Source: a virus (lineage: Duplodnaviria > Heunggongvirae > Uroviricota > Caudoviricetes). Taken from it: DNA of 64,000 bases. The notes beneath the pieces are model-generated. The model saw only the letters and a program-made list of their open reading frames with translations. It was not told where the DNA came from and did not search any database. Below, in pieces: positions 27,662 to 37,576 of this stretch. Both the position numbers and the translations under genes were made by a program. The number at the start of each line of letters is the position of its first letter. The stretch's first letter is position 1. Location of the stretch: IMG/VR virus record IMGVR_UViG_3300024333_000003; one strand, given 5' to 3'.

Positions 27662-28228
27662 TTAGTTACCTCCGAAAAACTTGTTATAAACGGCCGTGAT
27701 AATTTTTGCACTTGCATTCTTTGATTGATCATATGCAGTTGGATGTTCTTCAACTGGCAATTCAGGTGCGGTTGGTACTGTTGGTTGACCATTTACTTGG
27801 ATGTAGCCCTCGGGTCCTTTTAGTCTTTCACCCGCAGTTAGTTGCTGAATAATAGAAACTGCTTTCATCGCATTTTCTTGTCTCTCTGGTTTCAAAGAAA
27901 TTTGCGCTGGACTGGCTGGATCTTCGGCTTTGGTTTCAACATATCCATGTGCGCCGACTGCCAATTTATACAGTTCATCGTGAAATGCACGTGCCATTAC
28001 TCGGCCTGCTTCGTCCATCTCTGCTGCAACTTTCTGTTGTTCTTCTAAAGTTGGTTCTGTTACAGCTGGTGCCGGTACTGGTGCTGGTGTTGCCGCCGGT
28101 ACAACTGGTGCCGGCTCCGCAACTACTGGTGCTGGCTCTGTTGCTGCTGGTACTGGTTCAGGAACTGCTTCTTGCGCATTCTTTTCTAAAGTGATGCGAT
28201 TGATGATTTCTTGTAAATCGATAGGCAT
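27662..28228 (-). CDS. scaffold-like protein with a Pro/Ala/Val-rich tandem repeat
   Basis: PAPVVAEPAPVVPAATPAPVPAPAV repeat. EEQQKVAAEMDEAGRVMARAF module. RBS AGGAGA. Confidence 0.4.
   Translation of the reverse strand: MPIDLQEIINRITLEKNAQEAVPEPVPAATEPAPVVAEPAPVVPAATPAPVPAPAVTEPTLEEQQKVAAEMDEAGRVMARAFHDELYKLAVGAHGYVETKAEDPASPAQISLKPERQENAMKAVSIIQQLTAGERLKGPEGYIQVNGQPTVPTAPELPVEEHPTAYDQSKNASAKIITAVYNKFFGGN
28055..28165 (-). repeat. short tandem nucleotide repeat (ggtgcYggYWc units) encoding the (P/A)APV repeats
   Basis: Visible tandem periodicity in the sequence. Confidence 0.5.
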
Positions 28229-28261
28229 AGTAGAAAGTTCTCCTAATTAAATTGTGTTAAA

Positions 28262-28289
28262 TATTAACGAAAAATTTACTTAATGTCAA
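28262..28289 (-). promoter_or_regulatory. sigma-70-like promoter TTGACA-16-TTAATA with an SD-containing leader
   Basis: Minus strand reads ccctaTTGACAttaagtaaatttttcgTTAATA...aggagaactttctATG. Confidence 0.45.
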
Positions 28290-30042
28290 TAGGGATGTAA
28301 TCTATAACGTCGTTGTAAAATTTTTCTAGTTTGTCTGGCTTCAATCCCAAGATAAGACGATCTATTGCATCCAAAGAGTATTCGGATGTTTTTGCCATGA
28401 CCCCGATAGGGGGCATTTTCATTATCTTGTGAAGCTGGCCTAGGGTAAATGTGCCGCCCGCGCCAGCTAGAAATGGATGACGTCGTACGAAGTCTCCAAA
28501 TTCAGTTATCGGCTCACCTTTCTGAAGTTTTGCTTCTTGTGATCCAGCATAGATATACGATGCTGGCACAGCCATAAGCAAACGTTTCAAAAAATGTGGA
28601 CGTATGATAGCCGCGGTCTTATTAAACATAAGATCTTGGATTCCAACAGTGCCGGCTGCTGCCGCACCCAACACGATAGGAATAAGCCATGGTTTTGATA
28701 GGAGAAATTTTTCAAAGTTTCCCGTTTCCGCAAGAGTTTTTCCAGTCAGCCCAATCTTATCCATCAAGGCATTGTAACCAATATACAATGCGCCCAAACC
28801 CAATAACGGCATCAACGGATTTTTTATAGGAGCAAAAGTAGATTCCGCCGGACGTTTCAAGGTTGGGGCATGAACTCCTGGATTAATAGTAATTGCTACG
28901 GGCGATGACTCTGTAGTGAGTTCGGCCCGTTTTATCAAAACACGTTTTATAACATGAGGAACTGTTAATGACATACCTGGTGCCCAATGAGCAATTTTTT
29001 GGGCTAGTTCGTCATTAAAGTTTTGAAGTGATATATCATTTGGAAATTCAGGATCTTCATCCATATCCATTAATGATATGTTAGAGTCGTAACACGACTC
29101 GGCTAATTTTTCTTGCCCGCCCTTTGATAGAATAATGTATTGAAATTCTGTCGGAGTCGGAACTATACGCATACCCAACATAGTCGAAAGAATTTCATTA
29201 GATGCATATTTTGCTACTACTTCTTTTAATTCTTCTTTAGGCATCGGTTGTTGTGATGCGTATATTAAACGCTTCGGATCCGCATCAACAGCCGCTATTG
29301 TACCATCAACCAATTTATTTATAGCTGATTCTTTTACACCTGATTCTTTGAAGAACTGTTGCGCTATTACTGCTGATGGAATTTCAGCTTGTACAGATGC
29401 AATTTTACTAAGTACACTAGCGGTACGATCGGCTGGAATTCGTACAAAACTAATATCAAAAAATTTCAAATCAGTATCATTTATAGCGTAAATTTTTTGA
29501 CCGTCTGGTAATGTAATGCCCATTTGATTTTTTAAATGATCACAATAGTCAGACACGCGCTTGCTTTTTTTCTTACATATACTGCATGTGTCAAAGGGAA
29601 CTTTTACCCCCATAGACACTGCTGGATATTCGCCTTTTTCTATACGATCAAGAATTTCTTTTGCCCGTTCATTGTCAAGCTCAAGCACTAGTTCGACACG
29701 ATGCATATCGGGATTGAATACCGCGATCTTTACCTGACCAAAACTTTTCAAGGGATCTTTGTTCACATGATGCTTGTATGCGTGCCCAAGTTTTTCAAAT
29801 GTCTTGTGATCACGACATAACGACAAGTCGGGGAAATAATCGCCATTGCGATTTGGACCCCAGAATTCGCCAGATCCCATTGCGTTAACAAGCACATACG
29901 TCTTGCTTGCTTTCTTTTCGAGCCCTTTTACACGATCACGGAGTTCTTGTGAATATTCAGCAGTCTTCGTTAACGAGTCTGACCAGAATTGAATAAAAGT
30001 TCCGGAATCGTTATGTAAATCAAAACTTGTAAATTTTATCAT
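28276..30042 (-). CDS. large head-morphogenesis protein (portal and/or prohead protease candidate)
   Basis: 588 aa. Position between the terminase and the scaffold genes. Confidence 0.3.
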   Translation of the reverse strand: MIKFTSFDLHNDSGTFIQFWSDSLTKTAEYSQELRDRVKGLEKKASKTYVLVNAMGSGEFWGPNRNGDYFPDLSLCRDHKTFEKLGHAYKHHVNKDPLKSFGQVKIAVFNPDMHRVELVLELDNERAKEILDRIEKGEYPAVSMGVKVPFDTCSICKKKSKRVSDYCDHLKNQMGITLPDGQKIYAINDTDLKFFDISFVRIPADRTASVLSKIASVQAEIPSAVIAQQFFKESGVKESAINKLVDGTIAAVDADPKRLIYASQQPMPKEELKEVVAKYASNEILSTMLGMRIVPTPTEFQYIILSKGGQEKLAESCYDSNISLMDMDEDPEFPNDISLQNFNDELAQKIAHWAPGMSLTVPHVIKRVLIKRAELTTESSPVAITINPGVHAPTLKRPAESTFAPIKNPLMPLLGLGALYIGYNALMDKIGLTGKTLAETGNFEKFLLSKPWLIPIVLGAAAAGTVGIQDLMFNKTAAIIRPHFLKRLLMAVPASYIYAGSQEAKLQKGEPITEFGDFVRRHPFLAGAGGTFTLGQLHKIMKMPPIGVMAKTSEYSLDAIDRLILGLKPDKLEKFYNDVIDYIPIDIK

Positions 30043-30045
30043 AGG

Positions 30046-30618
30046 TTATTGAAAATCATGATACGTCATAAAACTTGGCACTGATTTACTCGGTGCCTCA
30101 GTCAAACCGCTTAATACTGAACCTAGTATTGATGGTGGTGCATTCTTTTTTGCTTCCATAGTTTGTTTTTGTATCTGTGTTAGTTCACCAACACTTGCCG
30201 GTAATGGACCTCCTGCAACATGATCATATTGCAGTGCTTGTCGAATGTATGCACCAGCGGTAAGTGGGTTCTGTGCAACAGCCGGTGAAAAGTGTATCAA
30301 TGCTTCAAAATATAATTTGGCACGTTCTTTATTACTGGTTAAATCAGGATGTAGTTTTAATACTTCTTTAAAGAGGGTATCTTTTTGAGATTCAATAACA
30401 CTTTTTTCATAAAGTCCTATACCAATCTTTGCCGCACCTGCTGCTAATCCTAGTCCAGTACTTACTGCCAATCCAGTGGCCAGATAACGTAAAAAGGTCG
30501 ATATGTCTGGTGTCGCAACTTTTTCTAGTTCCTCTTTAAATGCAGCTGCCTTCGCCATTGTGCTTGGGCGAATTTTTCCGGCTTTATATAATTCAATAAA
30601 TTTTCCTAGTGCTGACAT
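30046..30618 (-). CDS. hypothetical protein with Gly-zipper segment
   Basis: LATGLAVSTGLGLAAGAAKIGIGLY. Confidence 0.3.
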   Translation of the reverse strand: MSALGKFIELYKAGKIRPSTMAKAAAFKEELEKVATPDISTFLRYLATGLAVSTGLGLAAGAAKIGIGLYEKSVIESQKDTLFKEVLKLHPDLTSNKERAKLYFEALIHFSPAVAQNPLTAGAYIRQALQYDHVAGGPLPASVGELTQIQKQTMEAKKNAPPSILGSVLSGLTEAPSKSVPSFMTYHDFQ

Positions 30619-30619
30619 A

Positions 30620-31567
30620 TTATCCTCGATAGTTTACTGGAATATTGTGTAACGGGCTATTTTCTCGTTTTATTGTTTCCTTAGCCACAACTGGAAGTGC
30701 TAATGCGCCTATTCCAGTACCAACAGCTAGACCAGTACCAAATACTGCTGGGTGCTTTAAAACTTTTTTCACTGTCTCACCAATTACTCCACCAAGTTTA
30801 TAAAGTTCCCATTCTTCGTATAGTTGTGCAAGTTTATCTTGCAGTGTTTTATACTCATTAGCAATCTTTATTAACAATAACGATTGTTGAAACAAAGGAT
30901 GGCGTGTGTTTACCGGATGTGTATAAGCCACATCCGCTGTTTTTGTCATAGATCCAATCGGCATATTGGAAGTTAACCTGGTTTCCACTTCCTTTAACGT
31001 TTCAACAAATATCGGGTCATTATTTATACTAAGTGCCGCACTAATATCGTTATAACTTGTGCCACCAAGTACTGCTTGTTTTATCATGTCTTCCAGAACG
31101 CACGCTTCCTTTGCAAACAATAATTGACCATCAGTAATCATTCCCAATATAGTTGCTTCAGCTGCCTTAAAACGCCAATAGTCTTTTAACTTAGCATCTG
31201 CAGCTTCTTGCGGCTGAGTTTCTGCGACCTTTTCAAAAATAGGTGCAAACTCAGGAACTTCGTATTCTGGAGCTTCGTAATAATCGATATTATAATTTTT
31301 AGTTTCGGCCGTCTTTGTCGATGTAGTTGCGGCCTGAATAGCTATTGGATCTGCAGTATCAAATTGTATATATTTCTCATCACTCTTGTTAAATAAATTC
31401 ATATACACATCGGTGTTGGCAGCTTCGATTACCCTAGCTACTTGTGCTTGATTTAATCCATTATCCGCCGCAATTTTTATGATCGACTCATTTAGCGACT
31501 TTCCGTCTTTCAGGTACTCTGTTGCTGCTTGTTTAGCAAAGAGTTCTAATTCATAACTTGATACCAT
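30620..31567 (-). CDS. hypothetical protein with C-terminal Gly-zipper
   Basis: GTGLAVGTGIGALALPVV. Confidence 0.3.
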   Translation of the reverse strand: MVSSYELELFAKQAATEYLKDGKSLNESIIKIAADNGLNQAQVARVIEAANTDVYMNLFNKSDEKYIQFDTADPIAIQAATTSTKTAETKNYNIDYYEAPEYEVPEFAPIFEKVAETQPQEAADAKLKDYWRFKAAEATILGMITDGQLLFAKEACVLEDMIKQAVLGGTSYNDISAALSINNDPIFVETLKEVETRLTSNMPIGSMTKTADVAYTHPVNTRHPLFQQSLLLIKIANEYKTLQDKLAQLYEEWELYKLGGVIGETVKKVLKHPAVFGTGLAVGTGIGALALPVVAKETIKRENSPLHNIPVNYRG

Positions 31568-31603
31568 GTAATTGATTCTCCTATAGTAGATTATACAAAA
31601 ATC

Positions 31604-31981
31604 TTAACTCTCAGTCAAGACCTTAAGTAATTCTGTTTTGAATGCAGCGATCTTGCTTGCATTTATACCTTTAAACCCGGGAGCAGTGCGTTTCATACCA
31701 ATAGCATTAATACAGCCAGGAGTAGTACGATTATTACTACCTATTTTTTCGACACCTGCGTATGAAAATACCACTTTTTTTGCTACTTCCCGTTCTTCGG
31801 GGTTTAAGTTGTGAAATACGTTAGCTATTTGTTTAGCTGACTCTAGCACTGTTTTAGGAGTAGCTAATGGTTGATGCGCTTCGGTCCTTTTTGTGTTTAG
31901 ATAAAGTTTAGTTAATCTTTCATTTACCGCGTTGCCGGAAGTATCGGTAAGCCTTGAAAAACGTTTAATAGGTGTCTTCAT
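31604..31981 (-). CDS. hypothetical protein
   Basis: ORF. Confidence 0.3.
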   Translation of the reverse strand: MKTPIKRFSRLTDTSGNAVNERLTKLYLNTKRTEAHQPLATPKTVLESAKQIANVFHNLNPEEREVAKKVVFSYAGVEKIGSNNRTTPGCINAIGMKRTAPGFKGINASKIAAFKTELLKVLTES

Positions 31982-31992
31982 ATAGTTCTTTA

Positions 31993-34653
31993 TTAATTAT
32001 TAAATGCAGAGGCACGGTAATATAATTCTGCAGCCAGGTCTCCATACAAAATGCTATGGAAGGTGTCGTCGGCGGCAGACTTAATATATCTGTACGTGTT
32101 CTTTTCTTCGTTATATTCAATCGCAATAGCCAGTATATCTTTCGCATAATATTGAAAGTCACTCCATTGCGGGAAAACGATCTTCCGCTGTTTTATCTTA
32201 GTAAATAAATCAGTCATCACGGTGTTGCGAGATAAGGTATATGCCTGAATATGCCCATTGAACTGACCACGTTGTTTTTGATTCGGCACATGTTGAAATG
32301 CTATTAATCTGGTTTTATCATTTATACGATTTCGTACTTCAGCATTCACTGCCTCACCAAAACCGGCATCAGCTCCTATTAATGCACAGCCCCATCTGTA
32401 ATATTCTGCCGGTATATGCTCATGTAGATAAGCATAATCAGCTTCTTTACCTTCATACTTATGTAGGTAGATTATTTCTGTAACATCACCGCGACGTTGC
32501 GAAATTGTCATCAACGTTTTTGACATTTCGCTGTTAATTGGCCCCCAGTCCATTCCCATAAACGTGGGATAATCTCTGGTGCGACGATCTGGTTCCTGAA
32601 TCATTGGCCCACCAGTGCAACATGCTTTAATTTCCTCTTCGGTTACTGGAGCGACACCGGCATCATATGGTAGCCCTAGATACTCGTTAAAAAATACGCC
32701 TTTGGATTTTGTTTGAAATGGTATATAAACATCCGTCTGCCAATTTACCCAAGGCGCGTGGGCAAACATTAAAACACTAACTCTAAACCCCTCAAACAAG
32801 TACGATCCATCATGAATAGATTTGTCTGATTCGGGATTTGTACGCACCCATTGTCCGTTGCGCGCGTCTAGAGACATTTTGCAATATCTACAAGCAAGCC
32901 CCCATGGTTGAATGTTTTCTTCGTCAAGAAAGTTTTGTTTCTCACAATGCTGGCATTTTGCAATCCATTCATTTCTAGTAGTCTGACGCCATCGATTTGC
33001 TAATGGCCCGATAATATGTTTTGGAGTTCCTGCATATATCGAATGTTTGTAAAATGATCGCGCCATTGTTTGTTCAATGACATCGATGTTATCATCGGGA
33101 ATATCTTGGATTTCGTCCAGACACTGATGACACACTATAGGTAACTTTTCTATCGCATCTCTTACAAAAATCAAGTGATTCTTTACGCCGACACAATAAA
33201 CTGGTCCAATGTAATCTATATATTCGATGCGCGAATTATTTGTATATCCGTTCCAAAATATTATGCTGTCTTTTTTATAGCGTCCGACGTTATATAAAAT
33301 TGTTCCGTTATATGCTGGTTTTCGACTTCTAATACTACAAAGATACCCCAAGCGAAGCCATGCCTCCTGTACTGTATTTGCTAACTCGATTGATGCTGTA
33401 ACTAACTGTCCCCCGTTATGACCGAAGTCTTGTACATGCATGGCATCTCCTTTATATAAGGCATTTAAAAGGTCCGGTAGATATTGTATGTAATTTAATA
33501 ATTCCCTAGGTATATATTTATCATGCGAGGTGCCCAAAGCATATAAGTATCTAGATAAAGCAGCGTTTGCAAAGTAAAATGTATTACATACAGCATTTTT
33601 ATTATGTCTGGCAACAACGCCCCATTTAACTCCCATTGCTGTTAAGCAATGTCGAATTTCGTCTGAGTATGCACCTTCGTTTTGTATTATACGTATTTGT
33701 CCCGCAGGAGATATATACCCCTCAGCTAAAAACCACCCCATAAATTGCATGAAAATTTTCAATGGCGCTGAAAAACTGGGTATCTTTTTGGGATATTTAT
33801 ACGGAGATCCGTCTAACTTATTTGCAACAATTTGTTCAGGTAATTTAAAATCGACGGGATTGGCTGACTCCCAATTTCCCCTAACACCTAATTTAAAATT
33901 TTTTCCTGCTAACTGTTGTGCTTTTATATTAAACCAGCCTTTAACTTTTGGATTCTGATAGTAACCAGTACTTAATTCCTGTGATACGTTCATTATATGA
34001 TCAGGGGTCACGCAAAGATTAAAACTGCGCTGCGTAAATTTAACTAGTTTACCTTGATATGCTTTTTGGATATACATATCGGGTAAATGATATTCTACCA
34101 TTCCCGTTTTGTCATTTACTGTAGCAACTCTTTCATCGTCGAGAAGATTTTTAAATAATTTCCAACCATTCTCGGTGAGAATTTCTGTATTTGCATCAAA
34201 ACAATTCATGTCAGCAGATATACCACGAATACGATCGGCAGTTGCAGATCCATAACGTAAATAAATAACACTACCATTAAGGAAACGTTTTTGGAATACG
34301 TTTTGAATTGTGGAACTACTTACAAAATATTTTTTAAATATCGGGCTTTGTTCTATAACAGTATCAACACGATCATATGAAAATACGCGTACCTGTTCAA
34401 CAGTGGGCGATACTGCCAAAATTTTAAATCCACCCTTATGCCTGTTGCTAACATATGGCATTAAAATACATTTAGCTAACATGAAATTTGACAGCGTGGT
34501 AGATTTAGCGACTTGGCGACTCGTATGTAAACACAACTTCATTGGATCAATATCATAAATCAATTTCATGTGTGGATAGTCATCCAAACTGAATGGTTCA
34601 TTATTAAGATAAAAAAACTTTTGTACGAAGTCTGATAATTTAAATTGTAACAT
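31993..34653 (-). CDS. terL: terminase large subunit interrupted by an intein (extein ~526 aa)
   Basis: N-terminal deviant Walker A TSRQVAKST. A Walker-B-like LDE is reconstituted across the intein. C-terminal nuclease-sized domain. Confidence 0.7.
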   Translation of the reverse strand: MLQFKLSDFVQKFFYLNNEPFSLDDYPHMKLIYDIDPMKLCLHTSRQVAKSTTLSNFMLAKCILMPYVSNRHKGGFKILAVSPTVEQVRVFSYDRVDTVIEQSPIFKKYFVSSSTIQNVFQKRFLNGSVIYLRYGSATADRIRGISADMNCFDANTEILTENGWKLFKNLLDDERVATVNDKTGMVEYHLPDMYIQKAYQGKLVKFTQRSFNLCVTPDHIMNVSQELSTGYYQNPKVKGWFNIKAQQLAGKNFKLGVRGNWESANPVDFKLPEQIVANKLDGSPYKYPKKIPSFSAPLKIFMQFMGWFLAEGYISPAGQIRIIQNEGAYSDEIRHCLTAMGVKWGVVARHNKNAVCNTFYFANAALSRYLYALGTSHDKYIPRELLNYIQYLPDLLNALYKGDAMHVQDFGHNGGQLVTASIELANTVQEAWLRLGYLCSIRSRKPAYNGTILYNVGRYKKDSIIFWNGYTNNSRIEYIDYIGPVYCVGVKNHLIFVRDAIEKLPIVCHQCLDEIQDIPDDNIDVIEQTMARSFYKHSIYAGTPKHIIGPLANRWRQTTRNEWIAKCQHCEKQNFLDEENIQPWGLACRYCKMSLDARNGQWVRTNPESDKSIHDGSYLFEGFRVSVLMFAHAPWVNWQTDVYIPFQTKSKGVFFNEYLGLPYDAGVAPVTEEEIKACCTGGPMIQEPDRRTRDYPTFMGMDWGPINSEMSKTLMTISQRRGDVTEIIYLHKYEGKEADYAYLHEHIPAEYYRWGCALIGADAGFGEAVNAEVRNRINDKTRLIAFQHVPNQKQRGQFNGHIQAYTLSRNTVMTDLFTKIKQRKIVFPQWSDFQYYAKDILAIAIEYNEEKNTYRYIKSAADDTFHSILYGDLAAELYYRASAFNN
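33124..34203 (-). mobile_element. intein (360 aa) with a LAGLIDADG homing-endonuclease domain inside terL
   Basis: Block A CFDANTEILTENG. Block B CVTPDHIMNVS. LAGLIDADG-like FMGWFLAEGYIS and LLNALYKGDAMH. Block F VYCVGVKNHLIFV. Block G LPIVCHQ followed by +1 Cys (C-terminal Gln instead of Asn). Confidence 0.6.
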
Positions 34654-34655
34654 AA

Positions 34656-34931
34656 TTATTTTCTATTTATAAACGTACCGCCAACACTATTCCATTCTGA
34701 CACACCGTCTGTGCCATATAGCTTTTTTTGTCGGACTTTATTTTCACCTTGTCGTTTTACAAAATCAGGGCCTAATAATGTTTTAATCTCGCGGTCCAAC
34801 GCTTTATCTTGTGCTTTACGAAAAAGCCGCATCTGCCGTTTATTACCTATTCGCTGAGCCTTTAAAAAAGCACGCTCATATAATTCTGAACTTAACGCTA
34901 ATTTCTCCATTACAATCTCTGCTTTTGTCAT
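34656..34931 (-). CDS. hypothetical protein
   Basis: ORF. Confidence 0.3.
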   Translation of the reverse strand: MTKAEIVMEKLALSSELYERAFLKAQRIGNKRQMRLFRKAQDKALDREIKTLLGPDFVKRQGENKVRQKKLYGTDGVSEWNSVGGTFINRK

Positions 34932-34932
34932 A

Positions 34933-35442
34933 TTATCTCCTTGCCAATGATTTAGTACGTGTATCTATAAATTTTCTTGCGTCAGCGTCAGCGATTTCAT
35001 CAACCCATTGCTCGCGATTTATCAGATGTGGATAACGTTTTATTGCCGGTTCTCTTCGAAATAATCTATGAGTGATATTACCTTTCTCATCGGTGCCAAA
35101 AACATTAATGTGGAACTCTTTACCGGCCTCAGCTGTGTCTACAGCAAGATCTTTGAATTTTAATGTGGTGTCATTCATACTTGATTTCAGTTCGTCCATG
35201 AATCCTGCATATAACGGATGTTCTTTAGAAATCCAGCGAACGCCTGATTTGGATGAAAATGTATTCATGAGTTCAGGTATTTTATGTGAACCCATGAGTT
35301 TCTCAACTATTGGCGCAAATAATTTCTTGGTAAACTGCGCTTTTGCCGGATTGGCAGCTAGTGCTGCCGCTAATCCTAAAGTAATGGCCTTAGATTTAAG
35401 ACCGGCGTCTTTATTAATGTTTAACTGATTTGCGTCTTCCAC
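34933..35442 (-). CDS. hypothetical protein
   Basis: ORF. Confidence 0.3.
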   Translation of the reverse strand: MEDANQLNINKDAGLKSKAITLGLAAALAANPAKAQFTKKLFAPIVEKLMGSHKIPELMNTFSSKSGVRWISKEHPLYAGFMDELKSSMNDTTLKFKDLAVDTAEAGKEFHINVFGTDEKGNITHRLFRREPAIKRYPHLINREQWVDEIADADARKFIDTRTKSLARR

Positions 35443-35546
35443 CCTGTCCCCGATATTTACAAATACTGCCTTTATGCCGACCTATTTTTGTAAATGTACC
35501 AGCTCCTTGACGAGTATTTTTCTTACTTCCGCCTTTATATGGAGCG

Positions 35547-35918
35547 TTACTTTGCTTTATCATTACTTCCTTCGAGAATCTTGTTTAGTTGCACTTTAGT
35601 TGCTTCTAAAAAGTCAATACGTTTCTTAACTTCCTCTAAACGTTCGCGATGACGTTGCTTTGCCTTGCCTGAGTCGATTAAATCCAACAATTCATTTTTC
35701 TCTTTTTTCAGTAACGAAACTTCGAGGTCACCATTAGCTATTTTTAACGATGCTATATTTGTATCAAGTTTAAGTTCTAATCGTTTAACTTCTTGTGCCA
35801 TTACTTCGGGAGTTACTAAAAAATTTGTATACGTCGTTGCTACAATAAATCCAAAGGCAATGAATGAAATTATTAGCGTCCATTTTTTACCGATATATTT
35901 TTTTATTTCGTCAAACAT
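35547..35918 (-). CDS. membrane-anchored coiled-coil protein
   Basis: N-terminal TM helix plus coiled coil. Confidence 0.3.
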   Translation of the reverse strand: MFDEIKKYIGKKWTLIISFIAFGFIVATTYTNFLVTPEVMAQEVKRLELKLDTNIASLKIANGDLEVSLLKKEKNELLDLIDSGKAKQRHRERLEEVKKRIDFLEATKVQLNKILEGSNDKAK

Positions 35919-36645
35919 GGGTGCTTTCCTTGTTTTTTATATATTCGCCAGGCACTTTAGCTGATCGCCCATAATTACGATTACGCAACACAATCTGCGC
36001 ATATCGTTTCCACACAGCTTTTTGTTTATCTACCGCCATATTTCTGGTCAAAGCTTTTACTAAGGGGTCACCTGAGGCAATTGTATATTCAAGTGATGTA
36101 TATTTATTTTCTTTTTTAGCCGCTATTTTTAATCTTTGTTCTGCGTCCATAATTGTACCTTTGTCTATAGGAAATCTATTTTTACGTTCTTCAAACCAAT
36201 CCTTAAAGGATTTATTAGTAAGTCCTTTGGCCCGATTCACTCCATACCAATCTGCTATGGCCTCTAATTTGTATTTTGTCGGTACATCCTTTGGATGTTT
36301 ATGTAATGCCCGCCAATGATGAGGATTTCGATGATAATGTTGTTGTACTACATCACGCCATTGCATATATAACTTAGGATCCTTGGCCCCTTGTAATCCT
36401 TCTGGTCCATTGAACCATGCAGAATAAGCAGACCACTCGGATGGACGAAATTTAGTACTGTCATGTGTTATAGCCTGCACTAACGGCAAATTCATCTCGA
36501 GCATAGCTTTTCCCGTGTACCATTTATGTGGAAGCAAATATCCAGCATAGCCGACGTGTTGTTTGATCTTATCTCTGTTGGCGTAACCAAACCCAGCACC
36601 TATTAAAAAACCAGCTGCTGCTGCTGGAAGAATGTATTTATTCAT
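35911..36645 (-). CDS. hypothetical protein with N-terminal Gly-zipper
   Basis: AAAAGFLIGAGFGYAN. Confidence 0.3.
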   Translation of the reverse strand: MNKYILPAAAAGFLIGAGFGYANRDKIKQHVGYAGYLLPHKWYTGKAMLEMNLPLVQAITHDSTKFRPSEWSAYSAWFNGPEGLQGAKDPKLYMQWRDVVQQHYHRNPHHWRALHKHPKDVPTKYKLEAIADWYGVNRAKGLTNKSFKDWFEERKNRFPIDKGTIMDAEQRLKIAAKKENKYTSLEYTIASGDPLVKALTRNMAVDKQKAVWKRYAQIVLRNRNYGRSAKVPGEYIKNKESTHV

Positions 36646-36866
36646 ACCTTCACCAATAATGTTTGAATATTACCTGTGCGTAAAAACAAATTTCGTGCTA
36701 ACATAGCTGCTCGTAATTGTATTTTTGTAAATGCCTTAAACCGTGTAGCAGTTATTGCTGAACCAGTGAATGTTCGAGCTGGATATTTTGGCATTTCGTG
36801 CCAACCACCTCCGTGATATTGATAATATTTATTTAATTCGCTTTGCGATGTAATCGGTATTATCAT
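36642..36866 (-). CDS. hypothetical small protein
   Basis: ORF. Confidence 0.25.
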   Translation of the reverse strand: MIIPITSQSELNKYYQYHGGGWHEMPKYPARTFTGSAITATRFKAFTKIQLRAAMLARNLFLRTGNIQTLLVKV

Positions 36867-37567
36867 CCAACCAGGTCTTTCAGTAATTTGCCGTACGGTC
36901 CGCGTGATAGAAGTTTAAATATTACGTGATCTTCTTCTTTATTAGGAGTGCCTGCACCCCATCTATATGCGTCCTTAGAATCTTCGTCTATACGTTTAAA
37001 AAACCTTTGCAAGGTTTTAAGCGATGTGAGCGCCTTATCATAGTCTTTATTTCGGATGGCCGTACGCACACTATCAATTTCACTTTCGATCATAATCATC
37101 ATCATTTTAACATACGCAATTTCACTTGCGTACTCGACTTCAGGGTCTTTTATTTTATCATATGGTGTGGGGCGTTTTAACCAACGATCAGTCATAAGAT
37201 CATAAGCGCCTAGTGATCGCTCCCACCCGCGGGTAATTTTATCTGGGGGTATATATTCAATAAAGAAAAATTGTAGTGGGTGGTTAGTGCCCGGCAGTAA
37301 TACTTCCTGCCGATTAAATTCTTTAAATAAAGGATGCCACTTATCAAACTCTTCTTCCTTGGTAGACATAATTTGTACATCAATATCGGAATCATCGCTA
37401 TACTGCAATGTCACATTACTACCCTGCATAACGGCATTATATAATTTAGTGAGAGGGAAGAAAGTTGATAAATGATCAAATATCCATTCTTTTACTTCAG
37501 GACGAACAGTCTCGTTTTCGAATATATATGGATTTAAAACATGTCGTGGAGGATCTAGTATTCCCAT
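36863..37567 (-). CDS. hypothetical protein
   Basis: ORF. Confidence 0.3.
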   Translation of the reverse strand: MGILDPPRHVLNPYIFENETVRPEVKEWIFDHLSTFFPLTKLYNAVMQGSNVTLQYSDDSDIDVQIMSTKEEEFDKWHPLFKEFNRQEVLLPGTNHPLQFFFIEYIPPDKITRGWERSLGAYDLMTDRWLKRPTPYDKIKDPEVEYASEIAYVKMMMIMIESEIDSVRTAIRNKDYDKALTSLKTLQRFFKRIDEDSKDAYRWGAGTPNKEEDHVIFKLLSRGPYGKLLKDLVG

Positions 37568-37576
37568 AATATTAAT

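Noticed and set aside
28276-30042. Assignment of the 588-aa head protein as a prohead protease
   Set aside because: No clear catalytic His/Ser motif could be recognised by eye. It is left as a portal/morphogenesis candidate.
46-35428. Numerous 60-120-aa ORFs antisense to or nested in larger genes (e.g. 46-249, 856-1038, 1672-2083, 6717-7203, 8555-8899, 14630-14899, 31965-32162, 35072-35428)
   Set aside because: They overlap confidently assigned genes on the opposite strand or in another frame. They have biased low-complexity translations and no RBS. They are treated as non-coding.
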